Of a DNA stretch of 64,000 nt, positions 27,115-38,415 are shown piece after piece (the stretch's first letter is position 1; every line of letters starts with the position of its first letter). This DNA comes from Mantamonas sphyraenae STR306 (Eukaryota > Protista > CRuMs). The stretch lies in contig JAPMXV010000025.1 of assembly GCA_026936335.1 (NCBI GenBank), positions 186,001-250,000 on the forward strand. The letters are read 5' to 3'. The notes beneath the pieces were generated by a model. That model was not told where the DNA came from and did no database searches. It was given only the letters and a program-made list of their open reading frames with translations. The translations under genes were made by a program, and so were the position numbers.

Positions 27115-27608
27115 TCATTTCTTCTTGCGAGGCTGGCTGCGCATGGTCTCCACGGTCAAATTGCCCGGGGGTGCCTCGTACACTTGGTCGGGTCGGATGT
27201 TGACAGCTGTGCAAGGGAGGATTCCGTTCACGTTGAGTGTGAGATGGACAGGCTCAACCGGGGCAGCGACGCGTGTGGGCCGCAAGGAAGAAGATCTGCA
27301 GAAGAAGTGCAAACGGAGCCACCAAGTGGCCAGGGAAACATACCATAGGTGCTGTCGTCCTTCTGGACAGCCTGTACAATCTGTGTGCTGATATAAGACG
27401 CGGTCTCGCTGGCCATGAGCAGCTTCTCGTCCAGTTCGCTGCTGCCTTCCTGCAGCGAGGCATTCGCTTCAAAGTGGTTCCGCGTTTCGGCCTGCGCGGC
27501 ACGGATCATTGGCAGGTCACCCTTGAACGCGAGCCTCTGGGCTCGAAGGAGCTCTCGGTATGCAGTGAGGCCACGGGAACTCATGTGTACAGGGGTTTCT
27601 GTTGCCAT
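27115..27608 (-). CDS. LYRM7: LYR-motif protein, LYRM7/Mzm1-like complex III assembly factor (2 exons)
   Basis: AYRELLRAQRLAFKGD...RNHF LYR signature. Intron 27343-27207 (GTATGT...GCACAG) gives DSTY-AVNIRPDQ. Confidence 0.8.
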
Positions 27609-27732
27609 GCCCCGGGCGAGGCAGCCCTTGTGTTTCCGTCAGCTCAGCACTCACCCAATCCGCCGAAAACCAGTTCGCTGCGATTGATAGTGTGTGTGTG
27701 TTTGTGTTTGTGTGGTGCCAGCTTCTGTGTGC

Positions 27733-28959
27733 ATGTCTTCGTTACCCAGTGACACCATTCGGGTGTTGGTGGCAGGCGACAGCGGCGTGGGCAAGTCCAC
27801 GCTGGTGCACCTGTTGTGTCACGACGAAGTGGACGACAGTGTGCCTTGGACCGTGGGCTGCAACATCGATGTGAGCATGCACAAGCACCCAAAGATGGCC
27901 TCGCCCGTGTTTGTCGAGTTCTTTGACGTCGGCGGCGCCACCGCCTTCAAGGGGGCCCGCGAGGTCTTCTACAAGGACATCGATGCCCTGATGCTGGTGC
28001 ACGACCACAGCAACCGCAAGTCATACCACAACCTCATGAAGTGGATCCGCGAAATTGCTGGCAGCGAGGCCTTTGTGGCTGCGAAAAAGGCTGCCCGCCG
28101 CCATTCTGTACAAACCTCAGCCTCCTCCTCCTCCTCCTCCTCTTCCTCCTCGGCCTCAGGCACCTCCTCCTCGTTTTCCGTCTCGGCCTATGGTGCCAAA
28201 ACAAGCGTGCGCAGGCAACTGGGTGGTGGTGGGACCCACAGTGGCAACGCACATGGTGAAACGGGCGACAGAGAGGACGTCGGCACACGCCGTAGCTCCC
28301 ACGACGACGCTGACGACAACGACGACGTCTCCTCATCCAAGACTGACGACGGCAGCGACGCAGACCTTGAGTTTTTCGTCGAGGACGGCATGTTGGCCGT
28401 GCCTGTGATGCTGGTGGGCAACAAGGAGGACGCTCGACACAGCTCCGTGGTGAGCGAACAGGCCTCGTCCTCGTCTTCGCCCGGCGCCGGCGATGCATGG
28501 GACAAAAGGAAGAATTTGCCTCGATTCAACATGGAAACGTGTGCATTGGAGAAAGACACGATTGGGAAGGGCACACAGAATGCGTTTGCATTGGAGGCCT
28601 TTCTCAACCACGTGGTCGAGCGCAAATTCCTCACCCGCGGCAGACACGCCTCGTACCAACCCATGCATGCCACATACCACGCCTCATCCCACTCCTCCTC
28701 CTCCTCCTCCGACGGCCTGGATGGCTTGCATCATGCCGGAGGCACCAGTGGCGACCTCGTCGGCAGTACATCCGCAGGCGCATCCTCCTCAGGCGCCTCC
28801 AGCTCGTCTACCCCGTCTGGAAGTGGCCTCAGCCCGTCTTTGGACACATCCACGTCGTTCAGCTCGCCGTTTCTCACCGTGGAGGGCGACGGGCCAAACG
28901 GCGCGCGGATGTCCCCGCGCATCTCACGCAGCTTCTCACGCGACAACCACAAGCATTGA
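27733..28959 (+). CDS. RABL3: Rab-like 3 small GTPase
   Basis: GDSGVGKS P-loop, WTVGC, FFDVGG, HDHSNRKSYHNLMKW and VGNKED, as in the RABL3 family. Confidence 0.85.
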   Translation: MSSLPSDTIRVLVAGDSGVGKSTLVHLLCHDEVDDSVPWTVGCNIDVSMHKHPKMASPVFVEFFDVGGATAFKGAREVFYKDIDALMLVHDHSNRKSYHNLMKWIREIAGSEAFVAAKKAARRHSVQTSASSSSSSSSSSASGTSSSFSVSAYGAKTSVRRQLGGGGTHSGNAHGETGDREDVGTRRSSHDDADDNDDVSSSKTDDGSDADLEFFVEDGMLAVPVMLVGNKEDARHSSVVSEQASSSSSPGAGDAWDKRKNLPRFNMETCALEKDTIGKGTQNAFALEAFLNHVVERKFLTRGRHASYQPMHATYHASSHSSSSSSDGLDGLHHAGGTSGDLVGSTSAGASSSGASSSSTPSGSGLSPSLDTSTSFSSPFLTVEGDGPNGARMSPRISRSFSRDNHKH

Positions 28960-29009
28960 GACGAAACCAGGAGGCGGAGGAGGAGAAGGAGACTACAGTT
29001 TGTTCGTTT

Positions 29010-30919
29010 TCAGAACCCGTACATAGATTGGATCAGCATCTGCTCTGCCATCTCCTCGTTCCCTCCTGCCGAACGCAGGGCATTGACCACGGCGTTGCGG
29101 TTGTACCCCTTTGTGCACAGTCTGTTGACGGCCGCGGCAAAGGCAGCCTGTGACGAAAGCACATTCCCACTGCCATTGTCGTGGCTATTGCTTTCTGTGG
29201 AGCCGCTGTTGCTTTCCACGCGCTGCCGTTTGATGCTCTCCACCTTGTCCCCACCCTCTGTGATCATCTTTACCTTTTGGCCCCCCTGTGCCACTCCACC
29301 GCTGCTGCTCCTCGACGTTCCACCAATCTGCTCCGTGTCCATGCTGCTCGCGCTGCTGGTGCTGGTGGTTGACGCGGACGAAGCATCCGCCGACGACTTC
29401 ATCAGCGCCTCCTGCAGCTGTGCGTCATCCTCGTCCATAGAGTCTGCCGGCCGGTTGGTCAGCTTCGACGTCTTGGGGATGTCTGCCTCACCCAGAAACG
29501 GAACCTGCAGGTCGCCCACACGCAGCACATTGTCCCGCAGGTCGATGATCACCGCAAAACGCTTCATAAAGTCCAATCCCAGCAAACACTCGATGTTTTG
29601 GTTACCTCCTAGCACCGTGATTGCGGTGGGGAAGAACTGGTCGCCAATCTTGATCGGCGCCTGGTGAATTCGCCCCACAATCTCCGCCGTGCCGATTCCC
29701 TGCGCCATACCGGCGTACCTTGTGTCGATCAGACGCTCCAGGTTGCACCTGCGTGCACACGCCACACTCATGATTGTCGACTGCGCTCCACTGTCCACAA
29801 ACGCTTTCACCGGTTCGTTGTTCACCTCACAGTCGATGTAGAGCATGATGATGTCTGCAAACGCCTCTGGGTTGTGTTCCATTGCATCTTTGCGTGCCGC
29901 CTCCACGTTTTCCTGTTGGATTGCCTGTTCGATCTTGGCCTGCGCCTCCAGATCAAACGGGTTTGCGTTCAGTCGCTCCTGTGGGTCGTTGTTTTCCCTC
30001 CCGTGTAAGCATGTGGACAATCCATGTGCCTGCTCAAAGGCCCCATCCACCGACCCCTCCCGCCCTTCGCTTTCATCCCCAGCCCCTCTCCCGCCGCGCT
30101 TACAATCTCCTGCGCCCGCTGCATCTGTGCTTGGCGACGTGCTGCCGTGCGCTGCACCATCAGTTCCATGAGCATGGTCAGGTCGGATGCCAGCACAGCC
30201 TCCGCCAGCGTCGGATCGCTGTGCAGAATCTGCTGCAACTTGTCCGGGTTGTTCTGGAACTCCTGCTGGATCTGCAACGCCTCGTTCATCAGCTTCTCCT
30301 CCTGCGCCGCACTCATTCCAGGCAGAAACGACGAGCCCTGCCCTCCTCCACCCCCCATGCTGTTTCCTCCCATTCCTGCCTGCGCCAGCGCCTGTTGCAT
30401 CTGCTGCAACATGTTTGCATTCAATCCGCCGCCTTGGTTTCCGTTTCCGCCCATCATCATTTGGCCAAATCTGCTCTTGCCGCGTTCACACCTCTCTCGT
30501 CAGTGTCACATTCCCAGCCTCTTTCGAAAAGTGCATGCCTGTGCCATCCCCAAACAACAACTCACCCAAACATGTCGTTGCCTTGCTGCTGCTGCTGCTG
30601 TGCTTGCTGATGCTGCTGCGCCGCCACGCGTTCCACCATCACCACCTCGTTGTCTCCCACGCCCAAACTACTCATTGTGGCGTCGTCATCGTCCATCACC
30701 GCCCCGTTGAACGAAAGACGCTGCTCTGCAATGGGTATTCCCGTCTGTGATGTGATGCTGTCAGGGTGAGCACTCCCCCAGCTGGCTCTCTCTGTCTCTC
30801 TGGCTCCCCAACAAACCACCCACCTCCACCTCTGTCAGAGCCTTGAGATCCTCCACACTCGTGTCCTCATCCACTTCAAACGTCATCACGGCGTCGCTCA
30901 TGGCCAACGTCACGCGCAT
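29010..30919 (-). CDS. DDI1: DNA damage-inducible 1: UBL, helical region, retroviral-type aspartyl protease, UBA (about 4 exons)
   Basis: UBL exons (MRVTLAMSD...; GIPIAEQRLSFNG), MLYIDCEVN...AFVDSGAQSTIMS, LLGLD, and a C-terminal UBA (GYNRNAVVNALRSAGGN). GT-AG introns lie between the fragments. Confidence 0.92.
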
Positions 30920-30992
30920 GGTGTGCAGCTGTGGCCTGGGCGTAGGGTTTGCTCCGCCCGCGCCGGCCCAGCACAACCCCTTCCTGACAGCC

Positions 30993-32435
30993 ATGGTGAG
31001 TTCCCACAATGGCTTTCGCTGGCCCCATGCGTGGGGTACCCAATGGCCCATCATCCACTCACCCGTGTCCATCCCACAGAGTTTCGGATTCGGATACGGA
31101 GGCAACGGCGGCTTCGGCTTTGGCGGCGCCGGCTTCGGCATGGGCGTCCCGCAGGCCAGTGGCACCTTTAAGGAGGATTACAAGGCCTACCCTCTCTCTT
31201 TTCACACCAAAGACGCAGCTGCCGGCGAGAGCGGACAAAAGAGTCAGTTGCATGTCCTCCACCGCCTCCTGCCACATTCCGTTTTCCGCCCCCGACACTC
31301 TTCGCTTCTGACACACAGCCACCCCCCCCTTTCCGCACCCCACCTTTTGTCCTCTCAGTTATTCTGCCATCGTCTGCACTGGACACTCTCTGTACGCTGC
31401 CGCCCGTTTCCCGTCTCCACCCTCCCACACCATTGCGTCACGGCACCACCACGTGGCGAAAAGGCGTTTTCCTGATGGCCTCCCGCTGCCCCCGCCCCCG
31501 CCCCGCGCTCACCCTCACCGGACCTGACCGCACGTGCACCACACCTCTCCTCAACCATTGCAGCAAAGCTCAACGTGCAGTACCCGATGCAGTTCAAAAT
31601 CTCCAGCAAGTTCCGCTCCACACACGTGGGCGTGCTCGAATTCAGCGCCAACGAAGGCCACGCGCTGCTGCCGTACTGGTTGTGTGAACTGCTGCTTATC
31701 GAAGAGGGCAGCTACGTGACTCTGGAAAGCGTCAAGTTGCCTCTGGGCACGTTTGTCAAGCTCAAGCCACAGAGCGTGTCCTTCCTGGACATCAGCAATC
31801 CCAAGGCCGTCCTCGAACACGTCCTTCGCAACTTCTCCTGCCTCACCCTCAACGACACCATTTCCATTTCCTACGACGACAAAACCTACCTGCTGGACGT
31901 CGTCGATCTCAAGCCCGCCGAGGCCGTCTCCATTGTTGAGGCCGACCTCGTCACCGACTTTGACGAACCGCACGGCTACCAGAAGTACCTCGAGGAGCAG
32001 AAGCAGAAGCAAGGCCTCTCCTCAAGTGACACCAGCAACAACAGCAGCAACAACAACAAAACAGACACAACATCCTCCTCCTCTTCCTCCAGCTCAGACG
32101 ACAATGGAGACGCCGACGCAAACGACGCCGACGACGATCAAGACGAGCTCGTGTACAATCCGTTTGAGAAAAAGAGTGCTTTCACGGGCGAGGGCTACCG
32201 TCTGGATGGCAAGGATGGCAAGAGCAAAGGCAAAGCCAAGGCCAAGGCCAAGGCATCGTCCACAACCACCTCCATGGGCCGAAAGGTGGGATCAAGTGCA
32301 GGTGGCAACCGTCTTGGCGGCACCGCCTCTTCCGGCAGGAGCCGTCTCCTCAACAGCAACCTGACCAAAACCAAGAGCGGAACCAAAGGCGACGACTACT
32401 GGGCCAATCTTGGCAAGGGCAACTCCCTCAAGTGA
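30993..32435 (+). CDS. UFD1: Ubiquitin fusion degradation protein 1, p97/Cdc48 cofactor (about 4 exons, first exon ATG only)
   Basis: ATG|GTGAGT, then exons encoding FKEDYKAYP...GQK, ILPSSALDTL, YPMQFKI...THVGVLEFSA, LRNFSCLT, and an SHP-like AFTGEGYRLDG. Confidence 0.92.
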
Positions 32436-32541
32436 GCGTGTGATTCGTCGTCTGCATGAAATTCAATTCAATCAGTGCACATGAACCCCCCCCGCCCTTC
32501 CCTCGTCCCCTCGTCCACTTCCAATGTGTCGCGTTGTGCGA

Positions 32542-34664
32542 TTACGTATCCAGCTTGCGCATCCCCTTGCGTGCCGAGTTGCGAAGTTTGCCCAGAGTGC
32601 CGCGAGGCGACGCCAGCCTGCTGCTTGTGGCACTCATCTGTTGCAGGCGCTGCACCTGCATGCCCATGTCGTAGAACACGCTCATCATCAGCTGCTGTTC
32701 CGTGTCGCTGGTGTCCTTCAGCTGCTGGATGCGCTCCTTGAGCCTGTCGATCTGCGTGTTCTTTTCCTCCAACTGCACCTCGATCTGTGCCTTGTAATCG
32801 TTCACACGCTTCTTCATCGTGGCCACCAGCTTGTTCTGCCTCGCGTTCGCCTCCTCGTCCAGCCGGCTCATGATCTCCTTGGCTTCCTTCAGGTCCTTGT
32901 CCAGCTGCACGTTTGTCTGCATGCTCTTTTTCAGCTTCTCCTGCAACTCCAGCGCCGCCTCCTGGTACATGCGTGCCTCTTCGCTGTTTGCTGCCCCTGC
33001 ACGCAGCGCATCCATCCCTCGTGTCGTCTCCAGCTGGTTCATCACCTCCAGGTTTTGCAACTTGAACGCATTCAGCTCCTTGTCCTTCACACTCAGCTCC
33101 TCACGCAGCTGGCTGATCGTCCCATGCAGCGTCTTCACCTCCTCTCCATGTTCCTTCAACTGCCTGTAGTTCTCCCTCTCGGCCTCCTCCAGCTCCTTTC
33201 GCACCCTCTTCAACTCCTCCGAGTTGGCTTCGCTGGCACTGGCCACTTGGGTGGCTGCCTGTGTGGCTGCGCTCGCCTTGGCTGCCTCCACTGCCTGTTC
33301 CAGCTCTGCATTCTTGCTCCCCAGCGCTTCTACCTTTGCGTTTGCCTCCTTCAGCTGCCCCCTCAGGTTTGCAATCAGTGACTGCTCCATCGCCGCCGCC
33401 TCCTCACTGCCTCCGCTTGCTGCCCCTGCTGCCCCTTTCTGCTGCCAGATGCGCAGTTCCTCCTGCGTCGTTCGCGCCTCGCTTTCTGCCGCCTCCAGCC
33501 GTGTCTCCAGCTCGCCTACTCGTCTCTGCAGACTCTGCACCACTGCCTCCTTTTCTGTCAACTCGCCCCTGAGTGCCGCCATTTCGGTTTCCTTTGTGTG
33601 CAACTGTTCGTTGAGATACTCGTTGTCGCTGCGCAGGTCCTCGTCTGCGTTGCGCGACTCCAGCGCATCCGCGTTCTCCGTCTCCAGCCGCTCCACCTTG
33701 GCCTCCAACACCTCCACTTTCGCCTGCAACTCGGCGTTTGTGGTCAGCGTTCGTTCCAACTCCGCACGTGCCTCGTCCACCTGCTCCATCAGCGTCTCTG
33801 CCTGCTGCTCCAGCTCAGCCTTGGCCGCCAGTGCCTTTTCCACGTCCGCGTCCGCCAGACCCGACACGTTGTTCACCTCAAAGTTGATTGTGCTGTCCAT
33901 CCCCGGTGCCATGCTTGTGCCTGTGCCGCCCTCCTCCTCTGCCTCCTCCTCCTCTGCGCTCGCCGCCTCGATAATCTCCATGATCACCCGCTGGTCCTCC
34001 GCCCCAAGCTTCTGCATCTGCTGGATGTGCACCTCGTTGTTCATGCTCTCCACCGCCGCCACCACCACCAGCTCCGCCCACTCACGCATCACCTGCTCGT
34101 CTCGCTTCTCCACTTCAGACCGTGTGTCACCTCTGCGCGTCAGCGGACACGAGAGGGCAGAAATGGGCGGTGGAAAACTCTCGTCGGCGTTCGTTTTCAC
34201 TCACCTGCCTCGGCCACGTCCCACTTGCCGATGTTCAGTTCTTTGTACATCATCACTTCGTAGTACTCCTGCATGTTCTGCAGGAATGCGTTTGCGTTGT
34301 CCACCTGCATGGCCTTGTTGTCCCCGGGTGATTCGATCAAGTCCTCCTCCGGAAACAAGCTCGGCTCTCTGTGCTCACCAGAGTCAGTGTCCAACACAAC
34401 ACACAACAACGACACAGAAAGGGATGGTGAGTGACCATCCCCACAACGCATCACAACTCACATGCTGTTCATCATGCGGTACAGCACGACCCCGTCAGCA
34501 AGGTCGGCGTACCCGTTCAGAGGCGAATCGCCCACCACGTCGGTGTACTCCTTGATCTGTGCAGCCGTGTGAGCAAACAGCCTCCCAACCACAACCACAA
34601 TCGTAACCAACGGCTCAACGGCTGTTTGCAACTCTCAACTCACCCAGTTCAGCACACTCGTCAT
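32542..34664 (-). CDS. HOOK: HOOK-family dynein adaptor (multi-exon): CH-like N-terminus and long coiled coil; start uncertain
   Basis: N-terminal exons MTSVLNW| and DLADGVVLYRMMNS|; ~500 aa of heptad coiled coil; C-terminal EQQLMMSVFYDMG resembles the Hook EEKLIVSAWYNMG motif. Confidence 0.7.
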
Positions 34665-34717
34665 CGTCGTCGTCGTCGTCGCTGTCCTGCCCTTGGTTTG
34701 GCGCCGCCCACGCCAAC

Positions 34718-36022
34718 ATGTTTGCTCGACACAGTCCCAACCTACGCGTGTTGGGCCCTGCAAAGACGGCATTGCAGCCGCAGACGGCAAGCGTGTGCAT
34801 TTCTCGGCGGTCGCTGAGCATTGTGCGGGGCGAGTGGAAACGGCGGATGCAGAAGCACGCCGGACGCAGGCCCGGACGCGTGCTTCCGTCGCACGTGCGG
34901 TCGCGAATGGACCGCAATGCGTACGGCGCACAGCGAGAGAATGGAGAAACACAGGATACAGAGGCTGAGGAAACGAGACACAGGATGCATGTGCCACAGG
35001 GGCCCCACGTGCCGATGATGGATGTTCAGGGCGAGGAGGAGAGCGAACACGTGAGCTTTGCGCCTCCCAGTGCAGACATGCAGCCAGAGGGAGCCAAGAG
35101 TTTGCGTGTGACCGCCCTGGGATTGCCCAACGCAGGCAAGTCAACGCTAATCAACGCCATTGTGGGCGCCAAAGTGTCCATCGTGTCGCCCAAGGCGCAG
35201 ACGACTCGCTCGCAGGTGCTGGGCATTTGCACGCGTGGCGACACCCAACTGGTGTTTTCAGACACGCCGGGTTTGCTCAGCGTCCAGGCAGCCGAGAAAC
35301 TGCGTGTTCAGCTGGGTGCAAAGACCCACGCCATGCTGCATAGTGCCCTGGTCGACGCAGACGTGGGATTGGTTGTCGTCGACGCCAAACGCAAGGCTGA
35401 CGCAGAGTTGGCCCACCTGTTGGACGAACTGCAAGGGCAGTTGAAACGCAGGGAACAGTTGTTTGGGCCTGCGGCAGGAGGAGAGGAGCAGGAGATGGGC
35501 AACAACAGTGCAAGGAAACCCATCCTGGTGATCAACAAGGTGGACAAGGTGGGAAACAAAGCCAAACTGTTGCCTCTGACACAGAAGCTGCACGAGGCGA
35601 TGGAATTCGATCAGATCTTCCTGACGAGCGCCCAGACGGGTGAGGGGGTGGACGACGTGCGTGCACATCTGCTGCAGCTGGCTCGTCCTGCACCGTGGCT
35701 GTACCCGGCCGACATGCATAGCACACACACACAGATGAAGATGGTCAGCGAGTGCATACGCGAACAGATTTACAGACACACGCACAGGGAGCTGCCGTAT
35801 GTGATCACACAACGCAACGTTGGCTGGCTACCCATGGGTCACGACGCCCTGCGCATCGATCAGGACATTGTGGTGACAAGCGACACCCAAAAGCAGATTG
35901 TCCTCGGCACACGCGGGTCCAAGCTCAAGACAATGGGTGCTGCGGCACGCAAGGAATTGGAAACGGTGTTGGGCAAACGAGTGCATCTTTTCCTCAACGT
36001 AGTGGTGCGCAAGCCACAGTAG
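34718..36022 (+). CDS. ERAL1: Era GTPase (mitochondrial ERAL1-like) with KH domain; start uncertain
   Basis: GLPNAGKS, SPKAQTTR, DTPG, NKVD, SA, ELPY and the KH loop GTRGSKL. Confidence 0.9.
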   Translation: MFARHSPNLRVLGPAKTALQPQTASVCISRRSLSIVRGEWKRRMQKHAGRRPGRVLPSHVRSRMDRNAYGAQRENGETQDTEAEETRHRMHVPQGPHVPMMDVQGEEESEHVSFAPPSADMQPEGAKSLRVTALGLPNAGKSTLINAIVGAKVSIVSPKAQTTRSQVLGICTRGDTQLVFSDTPGLLSVQAAEKLRVQLGAKTHAMLHSALVDADVGLVVVDAKRKADAELAHLLDELQGQLKRREQLFGPAAGGEEQEMGNNSARKPILVINKVDKVGNKAKLLPLTQKLHEAMEFDQIFLTSAQTGEGVDDVRAHLLQLARPAPWLYPADMHSTHTQMKMVSECIREQIYRHTHRELPYVITQRNVGWLPMGHDALRIDQDIVVTSDTQKQIVLGTRGSKLKTMGAAARKELETVLGKRVHLFLNVVVRKPQ

Positions 36023-36047
36023 CGTAGCGAGGGCATCATCATCATCA

Positions 36048-37162
36048 TCATCCGTAATAAACGCAACCTTGGGTGCAATTGAACGAGCCGCAGTCGTCGA
36101 TGAGCTTGACCTGGCCTCCGCGGAAGAACCAGTTGCCCAGCGCATCCCGGATGCTTTGACCGCCCACACGCAGCTGGGTGTACTCGTACGCGTCGCGTGT
36201 GAAGCAATGAGCAAAGCAGGAGCCTGCAAACACGGCCGACGGCTCGTGGATCTGAGTCTCCAAACTGGTGTGGAACTGCTGGCCCACGTGAGCCACAAAC
36301 GCCTCCTCTGCCTGACTCTTGTTGAAGGGAGGCGCCTGCCAGCCCAACGCAGTGGACAGTTGCCACCAATCAAACTGCTCTGTGTGCACCATGATGGGTG
36401 TCTGCATGGTCTCAATGGCCACCGTGCTGTACAGGCACGCATGTCCCTGGGTGCACCCTTCTGCCACCTGCGGTGTCCACAGCGTGTATGCAGCACGCAC
36501 TTGCTCGTCAATCGACGCAATGTGGCTGTCCATGGGCTTGATGTCCATCAGCCAGCCCGCATCTGCCATCCCGCCGTACTTTTTCACTCCGCTGCTGGGC
36601 AGCAACGATGCCACAAAGTCCAGGTTGTTCACCACGCCTTGTCCGCCTGCGCTGCATCCAGCCAGGAGCACCATCGAGTCCTGGTTCATGCCCTTGGCCA
36701 GTTTCTGCACGTCTTGCACAACGGCACGCACCACGTTTTTGCCCTGAAAGTGCCAGTCGCCGCCGTTGGCGCTGCGATTCCATGCTCCCGTGTGGAAGTC
36801 CGAGGTGCAGTAAGGCACAAACACAAGGTTGGCGTCGTGCAGATACGTGTTCACGTCGGGGTCCTCGCTCAGGATGCCCGTGCCGTCAAAGGTCGCGGCA
36901 TAGCCCTTACTGCTCATCAGACTCGGCGACTGCTTCCAACGCTGCTGGCACGAGGGCACGTCAAAGCACAAGCCACCGCCCTGAAGAAAGATCACCCAAT
37001 TGTCTGCACCCAACCCAAAGCCTTCGCGAAAGTAGTATGCAGCTGGGGAGCCGTCGTTGCACACGCCCCACGCGCTTCTGCGTTTTCCACCCAATGGATG
37101 TCGTACAGGGCGTGCACAGGCACAGGCATCAGCACGGCCATCACAAACACACAGGCAGCCAT
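36048..37162 (-). CDS. Secreted pectinacetylesterase/Notum-family hydrolase; apparent 1-nt frameshift near 37065
   Basis: CNDGSPAAYY, FLQGGGLC, YCTSD, catalytic GCSAGG, DAGW and HC. The signal peptide MAACVFVMAVLMPVPVHA-LYDIHWVENAEARG lies in a different frame immediately upstream. Confidence 0.85.
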
Positions 37163-37220
37163 TGGAATGAGCGAGCCCAATGCATCACGCTTGCGCATAC
37201 AACCCATTGTAGTCGTTCTC

Positions 37221-38378
37221 ATGGACCCTGCACAGTGGCTTCCTGACTCGTGGTTGGCTGCCCTTGCGCAATGCCACGACTGGATGACCATTCATCTGTT
37301 GCAACCCTGGGGTCTTTCCTACCCAGCCTTGGCTGTGGTCTTGCCCGTCCTCCTCCTCCTTGCCCTCCTGCTTGTCGCCTCCGTCCACGCCACCTTTGAG
37401 TGGGCCATCGACACCTACACGGGCCACAACAGACACCAGCAGGAGAACGAAGCCCTCCGTGTGCGCAAGGCCTCTCCCAGTGAACTCAGCCAGGTGCTCG
37501 GCGTCGACAACGTGCAACTTCGCGATTCCTCTTCCTCCTCCCCCTCCTCTTCCTCCTCCTCCTCCTCCTCTTCTGCAAAGGTGCGCACCAGCCCAGAGAC
37601 CCGCGACGCTGTGCGTGCCGCTGTGCAATCCCTAACAGACAGGTTACGTGACGCTGCCGACGCACCCATCGCCGAAACGGCCTGGCTGCCAGCAGAGCGC
37701 CTCGATCGCCAGCGATTGCTCCTGTCCGACTTTTTGCGCCAGGCTGTGGAACAGCATGGGGCCATGCTGATGGAGTTGGACATGGATCCACAGTGGCTAG
37801 AGGCATGGGATGGCCAACCCATTGCGCTGCACGACCGCAAACAGGTGATCAACCGTCTTTGCACGGACAGCGGCATGGAATTGCACACACAGCTCCTGTC
37901 CATTGCCAAACAAGCCATGGTTGCATTGGGCTTGTTTCTTGGCGCGCGCGACTCGTTTTCCCTGTTTGCCGATCGACTAGGCTCCGAGCTACGCCTCAAC
38001 CTCGTCCGCGCCGCACACCTCTCCCGCCCGCATACCCTTCCCTCCATGATGACTGTCGTGATGCCTGGTACCACGGCATGCCATTTGCAGCTGTATGACA
38101 CGGAACAACATCTGTGGCATCCAGTTGAGCTGAACCCGGGCTCTGCGCTGGTTCTCATTGGTACTCCCCTCTATCTCCTCACGCAGGGGTTCATGCCCTC
38201 TGCCACCATTCGCACACAGGATGATCTCATTTTGGTGCACATCTTGCCACCCAAAAGTTTTGTTTTCGATGCTCTCGACGACTGCTTTGTCATCAAGCAG
38301 CGCCTCGACAAACCGCTGCTTCCGGGACCCATCGGCGTCACCGAGGTTTGGAAGGCCATCAAACCGCTCACCCAATGA
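37221..38378 (+). CDS. Membrane-anchored 2OG-Fe(II) oxygenase-fold protein with degenerate iron ligands
   Basis: TM helix LAVVLPVLLLLALLLVASV. LRLN...HTL..MTVV...LQL...W.PV...PGSALVLIG..L..LTQG follows the IPNS/2OG-oxygenase DSBH pattern. Confidence 0.6.
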   Translation: MDPAQWLPDSWLAALAQCHDWMTIHLLQPWGLSYPALAVVLPVLLLLALLLVASVHATFEWAIDTYTGHNRHQQENEALRVRKASPSELSQVLGVDNVQLRDSSSSSPSSSSSSSSSSAKVRTSPETRDAVRAAVQSLTDRLRDAADAPIAETAWLPAERLDRQRLLLSDFLRQAVEQHGAMLMELDMDPQWLEAWDGQPIALHDRKQVINRLCTDSGMELHTQLLSIAKQAMVALGLFLGARDSFSLFADRLGSELRLNLVRAAHLSRPHTLPSMMTVVMPGTTACHLQLYDTEQHLWHPVELNPGSALVLIGTPLYLLTQGFMPSATIRTQDDLILVHILPPKSFVFDALDDCFVIKQRLDKPLLPGPIGVTEVWKAIKPLTQ

Positions 38379-38415
38379 AATTCTGTCCTTTGCTTTTGTT
38401 TGTTTGCTTCTGCTC

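Noticed and set aside
33224-34555. 443-aa Ser/Ala-rich plus-strand ORF, and similar ORFs at 42289-43467, 47166-48566 and 61529-62746
   Set aside because: Opposite-strand shadows of Glu/Lys-rich genes.
36069-37220. First half of the 769-aa plus-strand ORF
   Set aside because: Antisense to the esterase gene; only the part from ~37221 looks like a real protein.
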